Shown here piece after piece: positions 48,399-57,962 of a DNA stretch of 64,000 bases. The DNA lies in IMG/VR virus record IMGVR_UViG_2799112923_000001; one strand, given 5' to 3'. The DNA comes from a virus. Its lineage: Duplodnaviria; Heunggongvirae; Uroviricota; Caudoviricetes. Under the pieces are notes generated by a model, which made no database searches, was not told where the DNA came from, and was given only the letters and a program-made list of their open reading frames with translations. Position numbers and translations under genes: made by a program. The first letter of the stretch is position 1. The number at the start of each line of letters is the position of its first letter.

Positions 48399-49292
48399 AT
48401 GTTTTTTAAGAATGAAATGTTAAGGGGAGCGGGCGAATCCATTCCCATGACTGAAGAAGAAATCAAAGAATATATTAAATGTAAAAAGAGTATATTCCAT
48501 TTCGCAAAATACTTTACAATTATTGGTCCTGCAGGCGAAGAAAAGATGTGTTTGCGACCATATCAGGAAAAGATTGTAAAGACCATTTGTGCGAAAATCC
48601 CAGATAAGAATAACAGAATTATTATGATGGGACGTCAAACTGGTAAGACTACTATTGCGACCTTGTATATTCTTTGGTATGCTTTATTCCATAAGTCAAA
48701 GACTATTGCTGTTCTAGCAAACAAGGCTTCCCAGGCAGAAGAAATTTTGCTTCGTATTAAGAACGCATACATTAAGTTGCCAATGTGGTTACAACAGGGA
48801 TTGGTTAAGTGGAACAATGGTGAAATTACTATGGAAAACGAAACAAAGATTTTCACTGGTGCTAGTTCTAGTTCATCTGTTCGTGGTAAATCTATTGACC
48901 TTCTCCTTGTGGACGAATTTGCGTTCATTGATGACAATATGGCTGAAAAGTTTATGCAGTCTGTTTTCCCAACACAAGCTGCTAAAAAAGATGCTATGAT
49001 GATTTTGATTTCAACTCCAAAGGGAATGAACCATTTCTACAACATTTGGACTAAGGCCGTTTCGGGTAAGAACTCATTTATTCCATGTAAAATCCAATGG
49101 TTTGAAGTTGAAGGTAGAGATGAGGCATGGCTTCAAAAACAAATTAGAGATAATGGTGAGCAGTTCGTAAACCAAGAATATAAATGTTTAACTGGTGATG
49201 CGAGAGTTACTGTGGAATATGATAATGGTTTGGTTCAAGAAATGACTTTGGAAGAATTATACTTGTTAGAACAGGAACAATTAGCAAGTTAA
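48399..49292 (+). CDS. terL: Large terminase, N-terminal ATPase half (T4 gp17-like), fused to a split-intein N fragment
   Basis: RPYQ, GRQTGKTT Walker A, LLLVDEFAF Walker B, ISTPKG; ends QEYK|CLTGD... Confidence 0.9.
   Translation: MFFKNEMLRGAGESIPMTEEEIKEYIKCKKSIFHFAKYFTIIGPAGEEKMCLRPYQEKIVKTICAKIPDKNNRIIMMGRQTGKTTIATLYILWYALFHKSKTIAVLANKASQAEEILLRIKNAYIKLPMWLQQGLVKWNNGEITMENETKIFTGASSSSSVRGKSIDLLLVDEFAFIDDNMAEKFMQSVFPTQAAKKDAMMILISTPKGMNHFYNIWTKAVSGKNSFIPCKIQWFEVEGRDEAWLQKQIRDNGEQFVNQEYKCLTGDARVTVEYDNGLVQEMTLEELYLLEQEQLAS
49185..49289 (+). mobile_element. Atypically short (35 aa) split-intein N fragment
   Basis: CLTGDARVTVEYDNGLVQEMTLEELY: intein block A at the TerL QEYx|C site, then stop. 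Confidence 0.8.
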
Positions 49293-49302
49293 TAAATACA
49301 AT

Positions 49303-50211
49303 ATGGCAAATAATGAAGAAAATGAAAATAAGCCACATCCAAGACCACCTTGGGTGAATAACGGGCACCATTCACCAGCACAGGCTATGACACCTCCGCC
49401 ACATCACTGGCGTCCAGGTCCACCAAATTATTGCTGTGATGGCGACCGCTTTATGGCAGACCATGAAATACAGAATGTGCCACAACTAATTGCTTATATT
49501 AAAGGTCAATTAGGTTCTCCAGTCATTTGTGTAGAAGTTAGTGATGCTCAATTATTGGATATAATTAGAGATACTGTACAATATATTTGGAGATACTATT
49601 ACAAAGAAGGTAATTATCGTGATTATCTTTGTATGGAATTGCTACCTGGTAAAACACATTATAAGATTTGCCAGGAACTTGAATCTGTTGTAGATTTCCA
49701 AACTGCTAGTTGGTTGGGAAACATTAACGAATTATTCACAGTTCCACACAATGTTTTATACGATACTGTACAGGGAATGAACTCATTTAACTATAACGGA
49801 ATGTGCTATGGCGATTCTAGTTATGGTGATGTAATGGGTAACTTCAATGCTCAATTAGTTTGGTTGAAACAGGTCAAATTTGATTTGGGACAAAGTTTCC
49901 AAGTTAGTTATAATGCCAAAGAGAAAGTATTACATGTTTGGGGTTCGCCACAAAAACCTGTTCATGGTTTAATGGAAGTAGTCAAAAGACAAAGTTCATT
50001 TAAGGTCTTTAATGATTATTGGTTCAAAGAATTGGTAGTATGTAAAGCAGGTATGATTTGGACTAACTCATTAAGAAAGTATTCATTGAGTATTGCTGGT
50101 GGTGGTCAGTTAAATGCTGACTCATTGTATAGTTCATATAAAGAAAGATACGATGCTGCTATTGAAAGAATTGACAAAGAAAGTCCACACGGTTTCATTT
50201 ACATAGGATAA
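49303..50211 (+). CDS. Neck protein (T4 gp13-like)
   Basis: IKGQLGSPVICVEVSDAQL; LRKY...GGGQLNA. Confidence 0.85.
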   Translation: MANNEENENKPHPRPPWVNNGHHSPAQAMTPPPHHWRPGPPNYCCDGDRFMADHEIQNVPQLIAYIKGQLGSPVICVEVSDAQLLDIIRDTVQYIWRYYYKEGNYRDYLCMELLPGKTHYKICQELESVVDFQTASWLGNINELFTVPHNVLYDTVQGMNSFNYNGMCYGDSSYGDVMGNFNAQLVWLKQVKFDLGQSFQVSYNAKEKVLHVWGSPQKPVHGLMEVVKRQSSFKVFNDYWFKELVVCKAGMIWTNSLRKYSLSIAGGGQLNADSLYSSYKERYDAAIERIDKESPHGFIYIG

Positions 50212-50214
50212 TAA

Positions 50215-50526
50215 ATGAACAACATAACATACAGACCAAACTATCTTAAAGAAGAAAATACCGAGGGATTCCAAGAGTATGACCTTGGTAGTATTGACTT
50301 CGGGAACTATGATTTTGGAACAACCAAATCATATATGGTACACTATTATGAAGTTGGTCGCCCTGATATCATTTCACAGAACATTTATGGCACATCAAAC
50401 CTATGGTGGTTTGTAATGTGGTATAATGGTGTATCTGATGTTTGGAATGATTTAAGAGATGGTATGATGTTGCGTTATCCACAGTATGAAATGGTGATAC
50501 AAGCATTTAAATTATATGGAAAATAA
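50215..50526 (+). CDS. Baseplate wedge protein (T4 gp53-like)
   Basis: RPDIISQNIYGTSNLWWFVMWYN. Confidence 0.75.
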   Translation: MNNITYRPNYLKEENTEGFQEYDLGSIDFGNYDFGTTKSYMVHYYEVGRPDIISQNIYGTSNLWWFVMWYNGVSDVWNDLRDGMMLRYPQYEMVIQAFKLYGK

Positions 50527-50535
50527 GGAGTTAAA

Positions 50536-51642
50536 ATGTTATTAGAAGAAGCAAAAAAGATTTTAAATAATCGTGGCTTTTTACTAGAAGATGAAAAATC
50601 TAATACAAAGTCATTGGTGTTTAAATTTTGGAAAACTAGAAAAGAAGGTAAAACATTATCAAATGAAGAAGCAGAACAATTATTAAATGCTCCTGATTTT
50701 GATACAGTAGTTGACCCCAAATACCAAAATTTCATAAAGTCTAGTTTGAATAAAGTATTGGGTAATGCTCCAGTAAAGACTGCTACAAAGAAACAGCCTA
50801 AAGGATTATTTGGTTCTGTTGAAATGTATGGCAAACCAAATTTCGCAGTATTGGATGTACCAGTAAACACTGAAACAAATGCTAAGGAAGAAAAACAAGA
50901 AGAATTAAAAGAAATCGTTAATAAGTATATTGCCGAATATAATAACATAAAAGATAGATTTAAGGCATTAAGCTCCGAAAGTATAACTGATGATAATTTG
51001 GGCGAATATAACAAATTGGTATATGATGCTTATTTAAATTCTTTTAATGAAAACGCCTTCCAAGAATTAAGACCTTATTTCATACATGTTACTCCAATCT
51101 ATACTGCTAGAGGTCATGAATTTTTATTTAATCATACCACAGATGTACAATATCAAAAAGTTTGTGATAAACTAAAGAAGTATAAATTGAAATATGACGA
51201 TTATGTGAAAATAAAAGAATTATTGCTAACTACTCTTACAGACATGAATTATAATGTTAAAACAGAAGGTATTAATTTTGTTGTTAAAGGCGAACATTGT
51301 TCAGTAAAAATCTTTACACCAACTTGTAAAGATAAAACAAGAACTGTAATGGAATTGAAATTAGATAGTGGTGTACAGTTTGATGTTGAAAACTATATTG
51401 TAGATACATTTGGTGAAGATGCTCTATACAAAAAAGATTATGCTGTATTTACTTTCGCTCGTTTGAGAGCCGCTATTGACTATATGGATGAAATATACGA
51501 TGGCTTGAAAGCACAAAAAGATAAAGACGATAAAAAGAAAGCTGAAGATTTTAAGAAATGGTATGACAGTTTGAGTGATATTGCCAGAGACCAGTATAAC
51601 TATTATCGTGAACACCCAAATGGAAACTGGTCAGGAGACTAA
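50536..51642 (+). CDS. Late protein with LxEA..L...GF N-terminal motif
   Basis: MLLEEAKKILNNRGF. Confidence 0.8.
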   Translation: MLLEEAKKILNNRGFLLEDEKSNTKSLVFKFWKTRKEGKTLSNEEAEQLLNAPDFDTVVDPKYQNFIKSSLNKVLGNAPVKTATKKQPKGLFGSVEMYGKPNFAVLDVPVNTETNAKEEKQEELKEIVNKYIAEYNNIKDRFKALSSESITDDNLGEYNKLVYDAYLNSFNENAFQELRPYFIHVTPIYTARGHEFLFNHTTDVQYQKVCDKLKKYKLKYDDYVKIKELLLTTLTDMNYNVKTEGINFVVKGEHCSVKIFTPTCKDKTRTVMELKLDSGVQFDVENYIVDTFGEDALYKKDYAVFTFARLRAAIDYMDEIYDGLKAQKDKDDKKKAEDFKKWYDSLSDIARDQYNYYREHPNGNWSGD

Positions 51643-51751
51643 TAAATCACAGTTCTTAAAAATGAGAAATCGCCCACACCGGGCGATTTTTTGTTATATT
51701 TGATTTGTATAAATATATTCCAAATAAATTAAACATTATTAAAGGAAAAAT

Positions 51752-53650
51752 ATGGCAGAACATAATTATGGTGCGGATAGCATAGATTTTTTAAAAGGGC
51801 TAGAAACAGTTAGAAAAAGACCTGGTATGTACATTGGTGCGGTATCAGGCGACCCATCCGATGGTTTGTATCGTTTGTTTAGAGAAGCATTAGACAACTC
51901 CATTGACGAATATCTAGCAGGGTATAACAAACAAATTTATGTTTTTTATGATTCAAAAACAAAGAGAATTACAGTAGTAGATAATGGGCGAGGTATTCCA
52001 GTTGGTTGGAATGAAAAGGCTCAAATGGATTCTCTAACACTTGTATTCACTCAATTACACGCAGGTGGTAAGTTTGACAAACAGAACTATGCCACATCTT
52101 CAGGCTTGAATGGTATCGGTCAAAAGGCTATTGCGGCTTTGAGTAAGACATTACAAGTATGGTCTAACAACAGTAAAGATAATTGGTTCTACACACAAAC
52201 ATTTGAAAAGGGTGTAGCCACAAGTGATGTTACTCGTTGTAGATTGCCTGAAGAATATAAATCTTTGATTAAGAAGAAGGGCACCGTTGTTACTTGGATT
52301 CCTGACGAAACCATCTTTACAGATAGTATTGAATTGGATTTGCCACGATTGAAAAGAGAAATCAAAGATATTCAATATCTTTGCCCTGGCTTACATATTC
52401 ACACAAACATTGATGGTGAAGAAACCGAATATTTCAGTGAAAAGGGTTTGGAAGAATTAGTATGCCCAGACAATAATTCGGATAATTTGTTCACATACAA
52501 GGACGATTACACAGAAGTTGCACTCAATTTCACAAAGAAAGATGGCAATACATTTAGAAGTTTCGTCAATGTATGTTATACAAATTTGGGTGGTACACAT
52601 TTGAATGGTTTGAAGAAAGCCATTTGTAATGTAGTAAAAGAAAACTCAAAGAAGAAAATTTTGAACGATGATATTATGGAAGGTATCGTTGGTGCTATTC
52701 ACCACAAGATGGCTGAACCACAGTATCAGGGACAAACAAAGAACGAATTAACAAATACTCCAGTAGAAAAAGAAATCATTGAAAAACTCTCTGCTCCATT
52801 AGCAAAGTATTTCCGTAAGAATAAAGAACTCTTAAATCGCATAATTACCTATGCTGAAAAGATGTTGGAACAGAAAGAAAAGATGAAGGCTTCCAAAGAC
52901 TTATTGAAGGGATTGAAAACACTAAATGCAGGTAGTAGATACATTAGTGATAAATTCTTGGATGCTGATAGACGCAAACACAAGAACCCTAAAGATTTGG
53001 AAATGTTCATTGTAGAAGGTGATTCTGCTGGTGGTCACTTCAAGAACGCAAGAGAATCATTCCAGGGTGAATTGAAACTTCGTGGTAAGATTATTAACGC
53101 AGCTAAAGCAACACCTGAAGAATTGTTTGGTAAGACAACAAAGAAGGGCGAAGCCAAATGCGAAGGCAACAGAGAAATCAAAGACCTCGTAGCAGCATTG
53201 GGTTGTGGTATTCAAGACGATTACGATGAAAGTAAATTGAGATTTGGAAAAGTAATTCTATTGACTGATGCTGATACTGATGGCGGTCACATTTCCAATT
53301 TGATTACTGCTTTCTTTATTAACTATATGCCTGACTTGATTAAGAACGGACACTTGTATATCATTGATGCTCCATTGTTCGTAGCAAATGGTTCAAAAAC
53401 AAAGGTCTATGGAATGACACGAAAAGAAGTAGACCAAAAAATGAAAACAGCCAAATGTAATGATTACACAGTTACTCGTTTAAAGGGTTGGGGTGAATGT
53501 TCATCAGACCAATTATCCGATTTGTGTTTAAATCCAAATTCTCGTAAACTCATTCAATTACAATGGAATGATTTAACTGAGAAAGCATGTGAAAATACTA
53601 TGGGTGAAGATACTGCATTCCGTAAAGAATTGTTGGGAATTTCAAAGTAA
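51752..53650 (+). CDS. gyrB: Type IIA DNA topoisomerase ATPase/TOPRIM subunit (GyrB/ParE-like)
   Basis: VRKRPGMYIG, DNGRGIP, LHAGGKF, EGDSA, LRGKI, DADTDG. Confidence 0.92.
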   Translation: MAEHNYGADSIDFLKGLETVRKRPGMYIGAVSGDPSDGLYRLFREALDNSIDEYLAGYNKQIYVFYDSKTKRITVVDNGRGIPVGWNEKAQMDSLTLVFTQLHAGGKFDKQNYATSSGLNGIGQKAIAALSKTLQVWSNNSKDNWFYTQTFEKGVATSDVTRCRLPEEYKSLIKKKGTVVTWIPDETIFTDSIELDLPRLKREIKDIQYLCPGLHIHTNIDGEETEYFSEKGLEELVCPDNNSDNLFTYKDDYTEVALNFTKKDGNTFRSFVNVCYTNLGGTHLNGLKKAICNVVKENSKKKILNDDIMEGIVGAIHHKMAEPQYQGQTKNELTNTPVEKEIIEKLSAPLAKYFRKNKELLNRIITYAEKMLEQKEKMKASKDLLKGLKTLNAGSRYISDKFLDADRRKHKNPKDLEMFIVEGDSAGGHFKNARESFQGELKLRGKIINAAKATPEELFGKTTKKGEAKCEGNREIKDLVAALGCGIQDDYDESKLRFGKVILLTDADTDGGHISNLITAFFINYMPDLIKNGHLYIIDAPLFVANGSKTKVYGMTRKEVDQKMKTAKCNDYTVTRLKGWGECSSDQLSDLCLNPNSRKLIQLQWNDLTEKACENTMGEDTAFRKELLGISK

Positions 53651-54132
53651 TGAAATTTGATACTGTTATAAGTAATCCACCATATACGAATACGAATAAG
53701 TTTTGTAGAGTTATCAAACAGATAGAATGTGATAACAATATAATTCTTGTTCCACTTTCGTCTATGCGTGATGTTACTTATAAATCAGCTGACTGGGTAG
53801 ATTTTCCTGAAATCGGTATTGGAAACATTCACATTATAGATTTGAAAGGAAATATAAATGAATACTTTTCACACAATATGGCACCGTTTTGGTCTAGTGA
53901 TGAAAAAGACGAATGTTTCATTGAATACTTTCATGCGAAAAAGATTGTAGAAAAATCTGACTCACGAATGAGAATTAAAACTGAATGGAAAGACCGAGTT
54001 CAAAAATTCATAGAATGTTTTGCTAAATCTAGTTTGTATAAAATCTATGATGGTAAAGTTTATACAAAATGTTTTCAAAGAGATGGTATAAACAAACTGT
54101 GGGAATTATATTGTTCAGGTCAATTAAAATAA
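53650..54132 (+). CDS. Short NPPY-containing amino-methyltransferase-like protein
   Basis: FDTVISNPPY; no SAM-binding motif I visible. Confidence 0.5.
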   Translation: MKFDTVISNPPYTNTNKFCRVIKQIECDNNIILVPLSSMRDVTYKSADWVDFPEIGIGNIHIIDLKGNINEYFSHNMAPFWSSDEKDECFIEYFHAKKIVEKSDSRMRIKTEWKDRVQKFIECFAKSSLYKIYDGKVYTKCFQRDGINKLWELYCSGQLK

Positions 54133-54256
54133 AAAATTAAATTCCGGGAGTAAAATCTCGGAATTTTTTATTATATTTAAAATATGAATGATAGTGATGC
54201 AGCAAAAATAGCAATAGTGATTTCTATAATAATAATTATCCTAATGTTGAGATGTT

Positions 54257-54688
54257 ATGGATTTTAATAAGAAAGTAGACCAGTTTAAAATTGTATTAAG
54301 TAGTAAAATGAATAAAAGGGAAGATTATTTTAATCCTATCTATGAAGATTACGATAGTGATTCGGATAGTTATTCCATAAAATTTTCTGTTTGCCCAACA
54401 TTCGGTTATGAAATTTCAACATTTGATGTGAAATTCACAGTAATGTATGATTTAATTTATTCAGGAAATATAGGTATTCCAATTCAATTTAGTTCTATCG
54501 GTCCAATGCGTAAAAGGTTTACAAAAAGTTACATTGAGAACTATACAGAAACTAACGAAATTTTGAAAGATTTTATAGAAATTCACAAAGAATGGATGGA
54601 TATAAAAAACGAAAAAAATAAAGAACTCAAAATGAAGAAATTGGAAAGTTTTATTAAAATCCACGAAATTGAAGCGGATTTTAACTAA
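54257..54688 (+). CDS. xxDF-tail family protein
   Basis: Ends IEADFN. Confidence 0.75.
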   Translation: MDFNKKVDQFKIVLSSKMNKREDYFNPIYEDYDSDSDSYSIKFSVCPTFGYEISTFDVKFTVMYDLIYSGNIGIPIQFSSIGPMRKRFTKSYIENYTETNEILKDFIEIHKEWMDIKNEKNKELKMKKLESFIKIHEIEADFN

Positions 54689-54786
54689 TGTAAACTATTA
54701 TTTACACAGTTTTAACAAAAAACCATTGACAGTTTCAATGGTTTTTTCTATATTTAATTATGTAAAAGATAACAAAAGAGGTAACT

Positions 54787-55266
54787 ATGAATCTTCAGCA
54801 AGTAAACCATTTCATTATGACTAACACCAACATTGAAACTCTTGACCTTATCATTCAGGAAGCCAAAGAACGAATCCATAAGCTGGCTAACAAGAAGAAT
54901 AAGAAGGTAGTCAAGCCGAAGAAGTGTTTGATTAAGTTTGTAGAAAAGAAAGAAGAAAATGTTTGGGATAAGATGACGGACAAGCAGAAGATTGCCCATA
55001 TCAAGAATCTTATGAATAATGGTAGTGGTAAGAAGAACCCGCTCACCGGTAACAAACTTTTTAATGACGCAGAAGAAATTGGTGATATTGGCGACCGATT
55101 TATGAAGGTTGTTAATCGTCTTGAAAACCACTGGTACAATGACGATTGTGGTCCTTCTGCCGCATTTGACGATTTCATTATTTCTTACCAGGATGACATT
55201 ATGAAGGACATTCTCAATGGTAGTAAGATTAACGAAATGGTGAAAGAATATAAGGAATGTATGTAA
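54787..55266 (+). CDS. Hypothetical early protein
   Basis: Promoter TTGACA 54726; AGAGGT SD. Confidence 0.8.
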   Translation: MNLQQVNHFIMTNTNIETLDLIIQEAKERIHKLANKKNKKVVKPKKCLIKFVEKKEENVWDKMTDKQKIAHIKNLMNNGSGKKNPLTGNKLFNDAEEIGDIGDRFMKVVNRLENHWYNDDCGPSAAFDDFIISYQDDIMKDILNGSKINEMVKEYKECM

Positions 55267-55709
55267 TGATTGAATGGCCGCATTTTTTCAATAAGACAGC
55301 ACTATTAAATGAGTTGCCCATATATGCGGCATTCTTTACAGAAATTGATTCAACTGATAATTTCTCCACAAAGTCAAGTTATAAAACACAACAAATAACT
55401 AGCAGAACATGGTATTATAGTTTGTTTGGAAATGCTTTTTTGGGTGGTAAACCAGTATTCGTTTATTCACCAACAGAAGTAGTTCTTTACGATTATAGCA
55501 ACCTTGCCAAAACAGAAATTACTAATGAGAATTTGGATAAATTTGCTGATAGTTATGGTGTTATTATCCACGATTTGACAAAAGAAAACCTGAGTGTTTC
55601 TACGATTAAAGAAATACTAGCAAACAACGCAAAAGCAGCTATCCAAGCAGAAAAGATATTAAAACAAATTGAAGCACTAAAAGCAGTAAACGAAGATTTT
55701 GATGATTAA
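55266..55709 (+). CDS. xxDF-tail family protein
   Basis: Ends VNEDFDD. Confidence 0.75.
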   Translation: MIEWPHFFNKTALLNELPIYAAFFTEIDSTDNFSTKSSYKTQQITSRTWYYSLFGNAFLGGKPVFVYSPTEVVLYDYSNLAKTEITNENLDKFADSYGVIIHDLTKENLSVSTIKEILANNAKAAIQAEKILKQIEALKAVNEDFDD

Positions 55710-55726
55710 ATAAAGGAAGATTTTGT

Positions 55727-56119
55727 ATGACATATCAAGAATTTATTAAGCCCATTATTGAATTGGCAGAGAAATATGGTTGGCAAAAAGAAACCTCAAC
55801 CAATAATGGTACTGACATGTATTGTATCAATACTGGTAAGACCAGATCATTATTCTATTTCTATCCAGGCGAACTAAATCGTGGAAATGTTTTAGTATGG
55901 GGCCGAGCCAGGGGTTTGCAGGAATATGTTGGTGTGAAAGGTTACCATTTTGTTTCAAAATGTGATGAAGATATAAGTTTGGTTTCTTATGACGAATTTA
56001 ACATTGAACTATTTGAAAATTGGATTAAAAACCAAACAGAAGTAGTGGCTCGTCATGACAAGTATCTTAAGGACAAAGAAATTAAACGCAACGAAAAGAA
56101 GGCTAATCAAGATTTCTAA
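55727..56119 (+). CDS. xxDF-tail family protein
   Basis: Ends ANQDF. Confidence 0.75.
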   Translation: MTYQEFIKPIIELAEKYGWQKETSTNNGTDMYCINTGKTRSLFYFYPGELNRGNVLVWGRARGLQEYVGVKGYHFVSKCDEDISLVSYDEFNIELFENWIKNQTEVVARHDKYLKDKEIKRNEKKANQDF

Positions 56120-56496
56120 TGGTAGATTACGAAAAAACATTATCGGACATAAGAAAATCCAATGAAGCCATTGATGAACTATTCTTACATTTTGGCGAGA
56201 AATATGGATTAAAAACTTATGGTATTCATGGAGATATGTGGTATCCCCAGATTAGAAGTGATACAATGCAAGAATACAGCAGAAACAAAGACCATAACTA
56301 TTTCGCAATTTGGTGTAGTGCTACTGATTCATTTTTTTATTCATATCGTTTAGGAAAAAGCGATGCTTATAAGAACAGAATTTGGGGAGATAATCAGGTA
56401 AAAGATTTGGATAAAATAATTGCTGGTTTTGTTCAAAGATTAAAAGAATGTAAAGAGCAAGAAAATTTGGATAAACTAGAAGAGGATTTCAAATGA
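56119..56496 (+). CDS. xxDF-tail family protein (QIR subfamily)
   Basis: Ends LEEDFK. Confidence 0.75.
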   Translation: MVDYEKTLSDIRKSNEAIDELFLHFGEKYGLKTYGIHGDMWYPQIRSDTMQEYSRNKDHNYFAIWCSATDSFFYSYRLGKSDAYKNRIWGDNQVKDLDKIIAGFVQRLKECKEQENLDKLEEDFK

Positions 56497-56633
56497 TAGA
56501 CGAAGATTTTTGGGAAGGAAAAGAACTACCTGAAGATTGGTGGAATTGTCCTGAGATTTTAGAAAAACTTTTTAATGAGATGATGGCGAGAGATAAAATC
56601 AAAGAGGATTTTAACGATGAAGAAACTGAGTGA
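56493..56633 (+). CDS. Minimal xxDF-tail protein (46 aa, not in ORF track)
   Basis: MIDEDFW...DKIKEDFNDEETE. Confidence 0.55.
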   Translation: MIDEDFWEGKELPEDWWNCPEILEKLFNEMMARDKIKEDFNDEETE

Positions 56634-56979
56634 TTATTATGGTTCACCGGTTGAAATTGAAGATTTGTTTGAATCTATCGCAGCCAAGCATGGATTGTAT
56701 TTTTATAAAAAGCAAGAGTTCTTACCCACTCAAATACGAACAAATTCTATTTCCGAAATTTTAAATAATCCATTTGATAATGGTGATTTTTATGTAGTAA
56801 TTGGGTATAGTAAAAAATTTAGACTTTCATATAGAATTGGAAAACTATGTGAAAATGTTGATTTGGATGAAAATTTAACAATAGGTCAGTTTGAAGAAAT
56901 TATCAATGTTCTTCTTATAAAATATAAAGAAGCAAAGATTGAACACAAACTAGAAAACATTAAGGAAGATTTTGAATGA
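56617..56979 (+). CDS. xxDF-tail family protein (QIR subfamily)
   Basis: Ends IKEDFE. Confidence 0.75.
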   Translation: MKKLSDYYGSPVEIEDLFESIAAKHGLYFYKKQEFLPTQIRTNSISEILNNPFDNGDFYVVIGYSKKFRLSYRIGKLCENVDLDENLTIGQFEEIINVLLIKYKEAKIEHKLENIKEDFE

Positions 56980-57341
56980 TTGATGGAAAAGCAATACTAA
57001 AAGATATATCACCTTCAAACGATTTAACTAGACAATTATTGCTACAGTTAAGTGACCTATTTGGGTTATATCATTTTGGTATTACCAATATGTTTTTACA
57101 TGATACCCAAATTAGAAGTGATGATTTGAATGAAACAAACCCACTGAATTTTTTTAGGGTTTATGCTTCGGCTCATGTATTTTATTATGAATATAATTTT
57201 GGAAATGGTCATCATAGTAATAAGATTGAAGAAAGTTGTACAGTAGACGAATTAACTAATATGATTGGTGAATTTGTTTTACAGTATAAAACAAATAAAA
57301 TGAATTTTGAACTACACACCATTAAAGAGGATTTTAAATGA
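56976..57341 (+). CDS. xxDF-tail family protein (QIR subfamily)
   Basis: Ends IKEDFK. Confidence 0.75.
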   Translation: MIDGKAILKDISPSNDLTRQLLLQLSDLFGLYHFGITNMFLHDTQIRSDDLNETNPLNFFRVYASAHVFYYEYNFGNGHHSNKIEESCTVDELTNMIGEFVLQYKTNKMNFELHTIKEDFK

Positions 57342-57586
57342 CACTTAATATAACAGATTATATCTTGCTTTATGACCCGGAATTTATGTTATACATTAAA
57401 GAGCAGGGGTTATCTAATTTGTTAGATGATATTGGTGCTAATAAATCTATATTATTGAAGTATCGTAAAGAATATGATATGAAATTGGAAATCAATAAAG
57501 ATTTTGATATTCCAATAAACGAACCTACAAAAATAACAAAGTTTAAAGAACGATATTATAAGGCCAAAAATGATAGTACAAAATAG
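57338..57586 (+). CDS. Hypothetical protein (internal INKDFD)
   Basis: ORF track. Confidence 0.65.
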   Translation: MTLNITDYILLYDPEFMLYIKEQGLSNLLDDIGANKSILLKYRKEYDMKLEINKDFDIPINEPTKITKFKERYYKAKNDSTK

Positions 57587-57962
57587 TCCAATATATTTGC
57601 CATACACAGAATTAAAAAAGTACCAACAGTTATTAAAAGATTATGGGTATGAATTAGGTATAGATTATAATAAAAATGAATACTATTACTATGACCGAAA
57701 ATTGTATGCCATGATTGACCATAAAAGTTGGGGTTTTTGTGTAAATATCGTTCCTTTATGTTTTGACAAAAAACATCGTTTACAAGTTATCACATATACT
57801 GAAAAAACGATTATTTCTAACAAAGAATTTACTTCTTTTAAGTGTTACTGCGACTATGTAGAAAATGAAACTGATTGTATAAAGAAAATTATAAACCAAA
57901 TTGGACTATTAAAGAAAGAAAAAAATTACAGAGAAATAGAAAAGATAAAATTTGATTTCTAA
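57570..57962 (+). CDS. xxDF-tail family protein
   Basis: Ends IKFDF. Confidence 0.75.
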   Translation: MIVQNSPIYLPYTELKKYQQLLKDYGYELGIDYNKNEYYYYDRKLYAMIDHKSWGFCVNIVPLCFDKKHRLQVITYTEKTIISNKEFTSFKCYCDYVENETDCIKKIINQIGLLKKEKNYREIEKIKFDF

